In this document: one piece after another, positions 36,325-45,552 of the stretch | Layout: each line of letters starts with the position of its first letter | Numbering within the stretch: the first letter of the stretch is position 1 | Assembly: GCA_038231435.1 (NCBI GenBank) | Contig: JBBRLJ010000042.1 | Span: 1-45,742, forward strand | DNA: 45,742 bases | Direction of reading: 5' to 3' | Origin: Planctomycetota bacterium | Lineage (GTDB): Bacteria; Planctomycetota; UBA11346 | Made by a program: the position numbers and the translations under genes | The notes under the pieces: model-generated | Database searches by the model: none | Told to the model about the DNA's origin: nothing | What the model saw: only the letters and a program-made list of their open reading frames with translations

Positions 36325-38952
36325 ATGTCCTTCCTTACGCACCGCCTGGCCTCGTCGATCACGCGCGCGCGGGCGTTCCTGCTGGCAACTCTCGTCGCTT
36401 TCCAGTGCGGCTGCGCGCGCGATCACGAAACCATGGCCGCGCCCGGGGCATCGATCACCGTCGCCCACGGAATCCGCGCGCTGGTCGTCGCGCCGCTTGA
36501 AGATGTCCCCGTCGAGACCACGAGCGCACCGGCTGGAGCGCGGCTGGTGGTCAGCGACGGCGACGGGCGGGTCTACATCGATGCGCCCGCCGCCGGCACG
36601 ATATCGTTGCGCGCGCGCGGATCGCTCGGCCGGCACCAGCTGCGCCTGCTCGATCGCGACGGCCGCGAATTGGCGCGCGCTGCCTTCGAGCTGGACGCGC
36701 ATACGCGCGTGCGCACCGCTGGTGGCGCGCTGGATGATTTCATCGCGCGCACCCAGTCCGAGATCGCGGCCACCGCGCACAACGTCTTCATGGATGGGAA
36801 ATCGGTGCGCTGCTACGTCGGCTGGCTGCGCGACGACACCCACGTGCTCGAGGCGACACGCTTCTTCGAGCCGGATCTCGAGAGCCTGCCGGAGGCGTTC
36901 ATCGACCACCAGCGCGACGACGGCATGGTCTACGACCTCTTCTCTGAGGGACGGCAGCTCGATCCGCACGATGGGCGTTGGTTGCCGTTCAATGGCCGCC
37001 TGGCGACCTGGGGGCCGGCGTACGCAGGCTTCTCTGCCGATCGGCGCCAGCGCTTCGAGCGGGTGCCCGTAGAGGCCGACGTGGAATACCTGCTGGTCGA
37101 GGACGTCTTCAACGTCTGGCAGGCGACGGGGGACGACGCGTGGATGCGGCGCGCGTTGCCGGCATGCGAGAAGGCCCTCGACTACGTCATGGGATCGCCC
37201 CTGCGCTGGTCCTCCGCCCACGGGCTGGTCAAGCGCGGGTTCACCATCGACACCTGGGATTTCCAGAACCAGGCGGTGGCCCTGGCACATCCTCGAGGCA
37301 ACCGCAATCCAGGCGGATCGTGGGACATCATGTGGATCGATCAGGATACGCCGATGTGCATCATGCACGGCGACAACACCGGGATGTTCCAAGCCTGCCG
37401 TCAGATGGCGACGATGTGCTCGCGACTCGGACAGGATGTGTCCGCCACGCAGTGGGCGGCCAAGGCCGAGGCCCTGATGGCGAATCTCGACCGCTGGTGC
37501 TGGAACGGCTCGTTCTATACGCACCAGGTGCACCTCGATCCCATCCCGGGCGATTTCGGCGCCGACGAGTCACGGGTGCTGTCGCTGTCGAACGCCTATG
37601 CGCTCAACCGCGGCATCGCGCAGGCGAAGGCCGTGAGCATCATCCGCGAGTACCAGGCCCGGCGCGAGGAGACCAAGGATGAGTCGTTCGCTGAATGGTT
37701 CACCATCCATCCGAGTTTCAGCGGCGGCCCCGGAACGGGCTTCGCCTACGCCCGCGGTGACTACATGAATGGCGGTGTCACCACCATCGTCGCCGGCGAG
37801 CTGGCCCGCGGCGCGTTCACCCACGGGTTCGAGAGCTACGGAGTCGACATCCTGCGCCGCGTCGCCGCGCTGCAGGAGCGCGACGGCAGGATCCACGCGG
37901 TCTACCATCCCTCGAAGCGTCAGCCCGACTGGAAACCGGAAACCTGCGTGGCCGTGGATCTGCGCGCGAGCGCCAACCGTGGCTTCGTCGGCGAGGCCCC
38001 GGACGGCTGGACCGGCGAGGGGGTCAACGACCTGCGCGAATTCCCGGTCGGCGATCAGGAGTTCCTCGGCCACTCCTTCTCGGTCATCGATCCAGCGGGC
38101 AATGGCGGACACGCGGCGCTCATGCTGCGCGGTGGCCGCCTGACCGATCTCCCGGAAGCGGTGACCGTCCCGGTTGGCCGCTCGGCGCGCTCCATCTACG
38201 TGCTGCAGGCCTGCACCGCCTCCACGCGTGGAAAGGCGGTGGCGACCTACGAGCTGACCTACGCCGACGGCACCAGTTCGAGCCGTCAGCTGTGGGACGA
38301 CGCGCACATCTCGAACTGGTGGGGGATGACCGATCATGGCGAGACCAGGGTCGCCTGGCGCGGAACCAATCCCACCAGCGCGGTGGTGGGCATCGGCTGT
38401 TTCGGCTGGAACAACCCACAGCCCGACAAGGAGGTCGCTTCCATCACCTTCAGGTCGATGGGCAATGGCGTGCCGATCATCCTCGGTGTGTCGGTTTCGG
38501 ATCAGTCGGTGCAGTGGCCGTGGGGGTGGATCTCGGGTGGCATTCCCGACAACTGGGCCGCGGCGGCGGTCTACGCGGCCGCCATCGAAGGTCTCGCCGG
38601 CATCAGCGACGGCGCAGCCGCGTTCGAGATCGCCGAGATCGCCCCGCGCTGGTCGGCGCTCGGTGAGGACCACGCCGAGGTGATCGCACGCTACGGCGCC
38701 TCGCGCGGATATGTGGCCTATCGCTGGAGCCTCGATGCCGCGGCCCAGCGACTCGTGGTGGGATTCTGCGGCGCGGGACGGCGTTACCGCTTCCACCTGC
38801 TGCTACCGCCGGGCGCGCGCGGCACCGGCGCGCAGCTCGATGGCAAGGCGATCGCGTGGCGGGACTCCGTGGTCGAAACCAGCACCTATGTCGATTGCGA
38901 GGCCAGCGATGCCGCGGGCGGAGAACTCGTGGTGACGTATTCCACACCATGA
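36325..38952 (+). CDS. Six-hairpin (alpha/alpha)6 glycosidase-like lipoprotein with an inserted beta-sandwich module
   Basis: Lipobox-like FQCGC; WLRDDTH, VEADVEY, WQATGDDAW, TIDTWDF, YMNGG, DNWAAAAVYAAAIEGLAGI. Family assignment is an inference. Confidence 0.65.
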   Translation: MSFLTHRLASSITRARAFLLATLVAFQCGCARDHETMAAPGASITVAHGIRALVVAPLEDVPVETTSAPAGARLVVSDGDGRVYIDAPAAGTISLRARGSLGRHQLRLLDRDGRELARAAFELDAHTRVRTAGGALDDFIARTQSEIAATAHNVFMDGKSVRCYVGWLRDDTHVLEATRFFEPDLESLPEAFIDHQRDDGMVYDLFSEGRQLDPHDGRWLPFNGRLATWGPAYAGFSADRRQRFERVPVEADVEYLLVEDVFNVWQATGDDAWMRRALPACEKALDYVMGSPLRWSSAHGLVKRGFTIDTWDFQNQAVALAHPRGNRNPGGSWDIMWIDQDTPMCIMHGDNTGMFQACRQMATMCSRLGQDVSATQWAAKAEALMANLDRWCWNGSFYTHQVHLDPIPGDFGADESRVLSLSNAYALNRGIAQAKAVSIIREYQARREETKDESFAEWFTIHPSFSGGPGTGFAYARGDYMNGGVTTIVAGELARGAFTHGFESYGVDILRRVAALQERDGRIHAVYHPSKRQPDWKPETCVAVDLRASANRGFVGEAPDGWTGEGVNDLREFPVGDQEFLGHSFSVIDPAGNGGHAALMLRGGRLTDLPEAVTVPVGRSARSIYVLQACTASTRGKAVATYELTYADGTSSSRQLWDDAHISNWWGMTDHGETRVAWRGTNPTSAVVGIGCFGWNNPQPDKEVASITFRSMGNGVPIILGVSVSDQSVQWPWGWISGGIPDNWAAAAVYAAAIEGLAGISDGAAAFEIAEIAPRWSALGEDHAEVIARYGASRGYVAYRWSLDAAAQRLVVGFCGAGRRYRFHLLLPPGARGTGAQLDGKAIAWRDSVVETSTYVDCEASDAAGGELVVTYSTP

Positions 38953-38973
38953 CCGCCGAGACATCCTCCTGAT

Positions 38974-39351
38974 TCAGGATTCGAGGATGACCATGGCCAC
39001 GGCCATGCCGTCGCTGTGGCTCAGGCTCACGTGCCGGCGAGTGGCGCCGAGCAGCTGGGCGCGAGCCAGCGCCGCGCCGACCAATTCGAGTCGCGGACCT
39101 TCACCCTCGGACGACACCACCGCGATGTCCGTGAAGCCGACGCCCAACGCCCAGCCGGTGCCCAGCGCCTTCATGCACGCCTCCTTGGCGGCCCAGCGCG
39201 CGGCCAGTCGTTCGCTCGGATCGCGGAACCCCAGGCAATAGGCCTGCTCGCCGGCGGTGTAGACGCGATCAAGGAAGCGCTGCCCCTGGCGTTGGTGGAC
39301 GGCGCGGATGCGTTCGATGCCGACCAGGTCGAGGCCGATGCCGACGATCAC
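38974..39351 (-). CDS. acpS: Holo-[acyl-carrier-protein] synthase
   Basis: IVGIGLDLV, LAARWAAKEACMKALGTG, VSLSH. The GTG start overlaps the upstream stop (GTGA). Confidence 0.95.
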   Translation of the reverse strand: MIVGIGLDLVGIERIRAVHQRQGQRFLDRVYTAGEQAYCLGFRDPSERLAARWAAKEACMKALGTGWALGVGFTDIAVVSSEGEGPRLELVGAALARAQLLGATRRHVSLSHSDGMAVAMVILES

Positions 39352-42300
39352 TTCCGTGGCCCCGCTGCCTTCTTGGTCTTCCCGTCGTCGATGATGATCG
39401 GCGCCAATGGGTGCCAGACGGAGCTCAGCCACCATGGCGCCGGCGGGCAATCGCTGTCAGGCCCCGCGTCTCCGCGCACCACCAACGGCAGACCCGCGGT
39501 GCGGCCGAGCGGAGGATCGAGGCGCGCGACCAGCACTTTGTCGGCTCCAGACGTGACCGAAGCCTGCTTCGCCAGGCGCCAGCCGCCAGCTCCGGGAACC
39601 AGGTGGACGGCGATGCCGTCGGCTCCGGCTGGGCCGAACATCAAAACCTGGCCGCTGGCGTCGATGGGCTGACCCGCATCGCCGAAGCGCACCGCCAATT
39701 CGCCATCGGTCTTGGCGAACACGATCAGCGACTCTTGGGTCCGGCCGATCGCATAGGAGCTCTTGCCACAAGCCTGCCAGTGCAGGCCTGGTAGCGCGGC
39801 GGTGGCGAGGGCAGCGAGATCGGCGCCGTCGGGGATGGCCACGGTCGCGAGCGCCGGCGGCGCGGCCGGCGGAACCGCCGAGAGGACGCGCAATCCTTCC
39901 GGTCCGGCATCGAGCAGGCCATCGGCCAAGGGGAACGCGCGATGGTCGGCCGCCAACGGGACGACCCGCGAGACGGCGCCATCGAGGCCGAGACACAGTG
40001 CCCATGTCGCATCGCCGTCGTGCAATACCACGCATAGTCCCCGTTCGGTGGGGATGAATTCCTGGGTCTCGGCGCGCGGCGGCAGGGACTGCTCCCACAG
40101 CGTGGTGCTGGTGGTCAACGACACCGCGGCGATCAGCTCGCCATATCCGTCCGGAGCGTTGCCGCGGTCCTTGCCGCGCGCCGACAGGTAGAGACGGTCG
40201 CCGACGATCCCGAGCGGCGCCACGCCGGTCCAGCTGCCGAAGGAGCGGCGCAGCTTGCCGCTGAGGCGGTCGAGCACCGCGAACTGGTTCTCTTCGGTGA
40301 TCACGAACAGGCTGTCGCCGCGCGCGCCGAGGACCGAGGACACGGCCTGCGTGGAACGCCAGCGCAGTCGGCCCGAGCCGATATCCCAGCACGAGATGGT
40401 CAGATCGCCCTGGCGCGTGAAGCAGTCGAAGCCGTCGATGACCGGCGTCGATTCGCCATCCACCGGGATGCGGGCGATGACCGCCCCGGTGCCGAGCTCC
40501 AGGAGATCGCCATGGCCGTGGATCGGATCGGACAACCACAGCATCCCCGCGCCCAGCACACGCGCGCGCGCCAGCGCCTCCGCCTGTCCAGGGAGCCGCC
40601 AGAGCTCGCGCCCGGCGGGAAGATCGCCCGAGGCGTGGGCCGCGATAGCGACCAGATCCTGCGCGTCGACCAGCACGATGGTGTCGTCGCCGCCGAGGAT
40701 CGGACGCGGAGATTCGCTCTCGCGGTTGGTCGCCGGGATGGCGCGGCGGGTGAAGAGCTCGGCGCCGGTCTCGATGTCGAGCGCCACCAGCCACATCCCT
40801 TCGGGGATGACGCCATTGGGCAGCGTGGGCCACACCAGCACGGTGCGCTCGTTGGCGGCGACCGGCTCGACCATCTCGCCACCGATCACGCCCGTGAGGC
40901 TGAGCCGATCGCCATCGCGCACCACGGTGGCGGTGTAGGGGCCGCGCGCGGCCAGGCCGATGACCTGATCGACCAGATCCTTGAAGACGCGGATCTCCTT
41001 GCCGTTGAACTCGACGAGGATGTCGCCGCTGTGCAGCCCGGCGGCCTCGGCGCTGGTGCCGGGCATGACGGTGATATGGATGCCGCTCTCGCGATTCTGC
41101 TGATCCCATTGCACGCCCAGGAGCGGACGCACCGGCTTGCGCCACCATGCCTCGCCGCCGTCGGCGAGGCGGGTGGCAACCAGGAATCCGTCCGAGTAGC
41201 CGAACGCCAGGCCGTGCGCAACCACGGTGGTGCGGGCGCGATGCGATGGGGACGACCAGGGGCTGGACGCGGCCGGTAAGGCGATGCGTTCCTGGATCCT
41301 GCCGTCCAGTCCGGGAGCCGCCTTGTCGAGCCGGCTGATGCCGCCGCGCGCCAGGGCATGCAGGTGGACCTCGAGGCGGTCGCGCACCAGCACTGGGCGA
41401 CCCGGCAATCGCAACACGGCTTGATAGCCGGCGATCGCCGCCGCGCGATCACCCGAGGATTCGGCCTGGCGCGCGCGCCAATATTCGGCCTCGCCCGCCA
41501 GGGCCGGATCGAAATGCCCGAGCGCCTGCAGTTTGGCCAGTGCTTGGGGAAAGGTCTTCGCATCTCCGACCGCCAGGTCGAGTCGCTCGCGCACGATGCG
41601 GGCGGCCTTCTCGGCGTATTCGGGCGGGGCCCCGCACTCGAGCGCCTCGAGGTAGCGGGCGAAGGACAGGTCGGTGTCGCCGCGAGCCTGAAGCAGCGCG
41701 GCGAGCCTGACACGCGGGCGATAGTCCTGTGGATTTTCGGTGGCCGCAGCGGTGAGGCGATCGAGCGTGGAGGCGGAACCGCCGTAGGCGGCGATGAAGT
41801 TCGATCCGCCGAACACCAGCAGCTGGTCAGCGACGGTGAGTCCGCAACGCGGCTCGAACGGGCGCTGGGCGATGATATTGCCGGTGGCGAGGTCGAGCAG
41901 CAGCAGGTTCTCGTTGCCAGAGACCAGCGCACGCTTGTCGCCGATGCACGCCTGCACGTCGGTCAGCTTGCCCTTGAGCGAGTGGCTCCAGCGCGGCTTG
42001 CGCTTCTCGAGATCGAGGCAGGTGATGGTCTTCGCGGCGAACAGCGCCACGCCGCCGGCGACATCGAGCACGTCTCCGCCGGCCCCGTCGCCGCGGTAAG
42101 TCTCGGGGTCCTTGGAGGATTCGCCGATGATCAGGGTCAGGCCCGCGTTGTCTGCGGGTGTGGCGACCGCGGTGCGGCCGTCGCTGGCGATGGCGCCCTG
42201 GCGCGAACTCTTCGCCAGTCCGAGCATGTTCGGATTCACCTCATCGGTGGTGCTCGGGTAGTTCCACACCCGGCGCACCTCTCCGTCGGCGCTGACGCGG

Positions 42301-43487
42301 GCGAGTACGCCGCAATTGGACACCACCAGCAGGGATCCTTCGTGCACGCAGATCAGTGGCGGCGGGGAGGCTTCGCCCGCGTACATCGCGCGCCGCGCGC
42401 CCGGGACCCGGGCCACCAGCGCGTCCCAGGCGAGCTTGCCGGTGCGGGCGTTGATGGCCTGCACGCGCAGGTCCGCGTTGTCCTCTTCCAGCTGGGTCAT
42501 GGCGTACACGACCAGGTCGTCCATGGCGACCGGCGCCGAGACGCCGATCACGGTGGGCGGTTGGGGTCCGGAATGCGGCGAGAGCGCCTGCCAACGGCGC
42601 TCGCCGAGACGGTCGAGCGCGAGCACCACGACCTGCTGCTCGTTCAGGATCCCGACCGCCGCGAAGCCATCGGCGAGCACCGCCGGGCGGCATTGCCTAG
42701 GCGTCAGCGCGCGGTTGCCGAGCACATGCATCTGGCCCTGCATGCGTCCGACCAGCTGGTCGAAGACGAAGAAGCGCACACCGTCGCTGGCGGCGGTCGA
42801 CTCGCCATTGGCGCGACTGAGGGCGAGCGTCTGCGCGACCAGCGTCGGCGCGTCCTGGCGCAGCACGCGTGGCGCGGGCGCATGCCGTTCCTCGACGTCG
42901 AAGCGCCAGACCTCGCTCAGTCCATCGAGCGACCCGGGCAGATCGGGAAGCTCGCCTCCAGACATCATCGCCAGGGCGGCGTCGAGGCGCTTGGCTCGCC
43001 CGTCCTTCGCCCGCTCATCGCCCCCGCGGCGGGAGTAGTCCACGAACTCGCCGAGGCGTCCGGCATCCCAGGCGCTATCGGCGAGACGCCTCCATGCAGA
43101 GTACGAGGCCGTGGTACCGGGGTACCCGCGGGCGATTTCGAGCAGCTCCTTCTGGCCGCCACTCGAGGGCACCAGTGCGAGCTTGCGCGCCGCGACGCCT
43201 TCGAACGCCTCGTAGAACGCCTCGTCGAGTCCGAGCTCGGTCAGGCGGCCGAGGACGACGGTGGCGATCGGAGCGCTGCCATCCTTGCAGGCGACCAGGC
43301 TGTTGCCGTGCTCGGCGATCAGGGCCTGGGCGCGCTCGAATAGCGGGCCGGTCTCGGCGCGTTTGCTGCCGAGATCCTCGAGCAGCTCCTGGGCCTCCTT
43401 GCGCACGTCCCAGGGGGTGGCCACCACGGGTTCGGCCGACCACAACGGCAAGGCGGCGAGCAACGACAGCAGGAGCGGGAGGCGCAC
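39348..43487 (-). CDS. Large secreted protein with PQQ-like beta-propeller repeats, TPR-like helices and a PDZ domain
   Basis: Signal peptide MRLPLLLSLLAALPLWS; repeated D/NxxTGxxxW blades; PLLGVQ...PGTSAEAAGLHSGDILVEFNG PDZ motif. Confidence 0.82.
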   Translation of the reverse strand: MRLPLLLSLLAALPLWSAEPVVATPWDVRKEAQELLEDLGSKRAETGPLFERAQALIAEHGNSLVACKDGSAPIATVVLGRLTELGLDEAFYEAFEGVAARKLALVPSSGGQKELLEIARGYPGTTASYSAWRRLADSAWDAGRLGEFVDYSRRGGDERAKDGRAKRLDAALAMMSGGELPDLPGSLDGLSEVWRFDVEERHAPAPRVLRQDAPTLVAQTLALSRANGESTAASDGVRFFVFDQLVGRMQGQMHVLGNRALTPRQCRPAVLADGFAAVGILNEQQVVVLALDRLGERRWQALSPHSGPQPPTVIGVSAPVAMDDLVVYAMTQLEEDNADLRVQAINARTGKLAWDALVARVPGARRAMYAGEASPPPLICVHEGSLLVVSNCGVLARVSADGEVRRVWNYPSTTDEVNPNMLGLAKSSRQGAIASDGRTAVATPADNAGLTLIIGESSKDPETYRGDGAGGDVLDVAGGVALFAAKTITCLDLEKRKPRWSHSLKGKLTDVQACIGDKRALVSGNENLLLLDLATGNIIAQRPFEPRCGLTVADQLLVFGGSNFIAAYGGSASTLDRLTAAATENPQDYRPRVRLAALLQARGDTDLSFARYLEALECGAPPEYAEKAARIVRERLDLAVGDAKTFPQALAKLQALGHFDPALAGEAEYWRARQAESSGDRAAAIAGYQAVLRLPGRPVLVRDRLEVHLHALARGGISRLDKAAPGLDGRIQERIALPAASSPWSSPSHRARTTVVAHGLAFGYSDGFLVATRLADGGEAWWRKPVRPLLGVQWDQQNRESGIHITVMPGTSAEAAGLHSGDILVEFNGKEIRVFKDLVDQVIGLAARGPYTATVVRDGDRLSLTGVIGGEMVEPVAANERTVLVWPTLPNGVIPEGMWLVALDIETGAELFTRRAIPATNRESESPRPILGGDDTIVLVDAQDLVAIAAHASGDLPAGRELWRLPGQAEALARARVLGAGMLWLSDPIHGHGDLLELGTGAVIARIPVDGESTPVIDGFDCFTRQGDLTISCWDIGSGRLRWRSTQAVSSVLGARGDSLFVITEENQFAVLDRLSGKLRRSFGSWTGVAPLGIVGDRLYLSARGKDRGNAPDGYGELIAAVSLTTSTTLWEQSLPPRAETQEFIPTERGLCVVLHDGDATWALCLGLDGAVSRVVPLAADHRAFPLADGLLDAGPEGLRVLSAVPPAAPPALATVAIPDGADLAALATAALPGLHWQACGKSSYAIGRTQESLIVFAKTDGELAVRFGDAGQPIDASGQVLMFGPAGADGIAVHLVPGAGGWRLAKQASVTSGADKVLVARLDPPLGRTAGLPLVVRGDAGPDSDCPPAPWWLSSVWHPLAPIIIDDGKTKKAAGPRK

Positions 43488-43521
43488 GCCGGATTTATAG
43501 GTCCACCGGGGGCTGGGCCAA

Positions 43522-43597
43522 GGGGTGTGTAGTGGATGGTGCGTGGTATTCGGTGGAGAGGAGCCGCTGGACGCGGCGCTCTAGACACCGCACACCC
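43522..43597. repeat. Degenerate inverted-repeat element related to 44711-44817
   Basis: GGTGTGTAGTGGATGG ... CTAGACACC, with GGGTGTG / CACACCC ends. Confidence 0.5.
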
Positions 43598-44691
43598 TAC
43601 CGATCCAACGTCCCGGTCGGCAGGCCGACGGCCATGGCCTGTGGACGCTCGCAGGTGGTGGTGAGGGTCACCTGCTTGCCGGTGTCCGAGGCCTCGTGGA
43701 TCGCCTGCATGATATCGAGCGCATGCATGGCGATCTCGTCGTTCGCGCGATGCTTGCGACCCGACTCGATGGCGGTGGCCATGTCGGCGACGCCCAGGCC
43801 GCGCTCATTGTCGGGATAGGGATGCGACAGGGCGATATCGCCCCAATCGGGACCGCCCGGCTTGTACAGCTTCACCGGTCCGCCGAAGGAATTCGGGTCG
43901 GGCACCACCAGCGTCCCCTCGGAGCCGTAGATCTCGATGCACGGCGCCTTGTGGCCCTTGACGTCGAAGCTGGTGGTGAGGGTGCCGATCGGGCCCGACG
44001 CGAATTCGAGGATGCCGACGACATGCGTGGGAACCTCGACCTTCACCTTGGTGCCGCTCTTCGGCTTGCTGGTGATGGTGCGCTCGGGGAACGACATGCG
44101 CGTGGCGCCGCTGACCTTCCTCACCGGCCCGAGCAGGGTGATCAGGGAGTGCAGGTAGTAAGGCCCCATGTCGAACATCGGGCCGCCGCCCTTCTGGTAG
44201 TAGAATTCCGGCGATGGATGCCAGGTCTCGTGGCCGCCGCACATCATGTTCGCCATGAAGGCGATCGGCTTGCCGATCCCGCCGTCGTCGATGAGCTTGC
44301 GGCAGGTCTGGGTGCCGCCGCCGAGCACGGTGTCGGGTGCGCAGCCGACGCGCAGCTTCTTCGCCTTCGCCTCGTCGACGACCTTCTTGCCCTCGGAACG
44401 CACCAGCGCGAATGGCTTCTCGCTGTAGACGTGCTTGCCAGCGGCGATGCAGCGCAGATCGACCTCGCCATGGGCGGCGGGTATCGTCAGGTTGACGACG
44501 ATCTTCACCTCGGGGTCCTTCAGCAGGTCATCGACGGAGCATGCCTTGGCGATGCCGTGCTCAGTGGCCTTGGCCTTGGCGCGGTCGAGATCGAGGTCGG
44601 CGCACGCCGCGACCTCGATCACCGGGTAGCGCTTGCAGGCGTTGAAGTAGGCATTGCTGATGTTGCCGCAGCCGATGATGCCGATTTTCAT
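43597..44691 (-). CDS. Gfo/Idh/MocA family oxidoreductase
   Basis: KIGIIGCGNIS, GKHVYSEKP, GCAPDT, GGGPMFDMGPYY. Confidence 0.93.
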   Translation of the reverse strand: MKIGIIGCGNISNAYFNACKRYPVIEVAACADLDLDRAKAKATEHGIAKACSVDDLLKDPEVKIVVNLTIPAAHGEVDLRCIAAGKHVYSEKPFALVRSEGKKVVDEAKAKKLRVGCAPDTVLGGGTQTCRKLIDDGGIGKPIAFMANMMCGGHETWHPSPEFYYQKGGGPMFDMGPYYLHSLITLLGPVRKVSGATRMSFPERTITSKPKSGTKVKVEVPTHVVGILEFASGPIGTLTTSFDVKGHKAPCIEIYGSEGTLVVPDPNSFGGPVKLYKPGGPDWGDIALSHPYPDNERGLGVADMATAIESGRKHRANDEIAMHALDIMQAIHEASDTGKQVTLTTTCERPQAMAVGLPTGTLDR

Positions 44692-44710
44692 GGTGTTTGG
44701 TGTGTCGTAT

Positions 44711-44817
44711 TGGTGTTTAGTGGATAGCAGAGATCAGAGATACGGTCAAAGAGCCTTGCCTAGTCGAGGTGCAGGTGCATGGCATGTGTTCAGTGTTCTG
44801 CCGTCCACTAGACACCA
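44711..44817. repeat. 21-bp imperfect inverted repeat between thuA and gfo
   Basis: TGGTGTTTAGTGGATAGCAGA (44711-44731) against TCTGCCGTCCACTAGACACCA (44797-44817): 18/21 complementary. Confidence 0.75.
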
Positions 44818-44833
44818 CCCACGGCGGCGCGCG

Positions 44834-45490
44834 TCAGCGCGCCGCCCAGAGCATGCCGCGCTCCTGGATGGTGCGCGCCTCGAGGATGTCGAAGTCCTTG
44901 TCGTCGTGGCCGAGCGAGCTGTAGAAGACCTTTGCCTTGCCCCAGCGCTTCTTCCACACCACCGGCATCACCACGCCGGCGGTGTAGGGCTGGTGCTCGC
45001 CGCTGAAGGTGGTGTTCGCCAGCACCAGGTTCGACGGGTCGACGAGCATGTAGTACTGCTCGGTCTGCTTCATGCGGAAGTCCTTGATGCCCGCCACCAC
45101 CGGATCGTCCCAGGTCGTGATGTGCACGTCGTAGTCGATGCGGTTGCCGGGATGTCCGACGAACTGTCCTCCCACCATCCATTGATAGCCGAGGTCCTGG
45201 CGGAAGGCGTCGCCCATGCCGCCATGCCAGCCCGAGAAGCCGACACCATTGTCGAGCGCGGCCCACAGGCCCTTGGATTGCGGCTCGGTCATCTGACCCA
45301 TCGTCCAGCATTGGACGATCAGGCTCAGGCTGCCCATCAGCGCGGAGTCCTGATAGGCGTCGAGGCTGTCGCGGATGACGACCTCGAATCCGCTCTTCTG
45401 CAGGAAGGGGACGAAGCGGTCGGTGGTCTTCTTGGGCTCGTGCCCATCCCAGCCGCCCCACACCATCAAAGCCTTCTTCGCGTTCGCCAT
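44834..45490 (-). CDS. ThuA-like domain protein
   Basis: WGGWDGHEP, GWHGGMGDAFR, GGQFVGHPG, EQYYM, GKAKVFYSSLGH; GGAGG SD. Confidence 0.88.
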   Translation of the reverse strand: MANAKKALMVWGGWDGHEPKKTTDRFVPFLQKSGFEVVIRDSLDAYQDSALMGSLSLIVQCWTMGQMTEPQSKGLWAALDNGVGFSGWHGGMGDAFRQDLGYQWMVGGQFVGHPGNRIDYDVHITTWDDPVVAGIKDFRMKQTEQYYMLVDPSNLVLANTTFSGEHQPYTAGVVMPVVWKKRWGKAKVFYSSLGHDDKDFDILEARTIQERGMLWAAR

Positions 45491-45517
45491 GCGTCCTCCC
45501 GTTTCAGTGGAAGGGAA

Positions 45518-45545
45518 ACGCTATTTGGAAGCGCTTCCAACGCAA
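45518..45545 (-). promoter_or_regulatory. thuA-gfo promoter containing a LacI-family operator
   Basis: Perfect 16-bp palindrome TTGGAAGCGCTTCCAA (45525-45540) with the LacI-type AAxCG.TT core, sitting in TTGCGT-N16-TAGCGT on the minus strand. Confidence 0.8.
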
Positions 45546-45552
45546 GCTGTTG

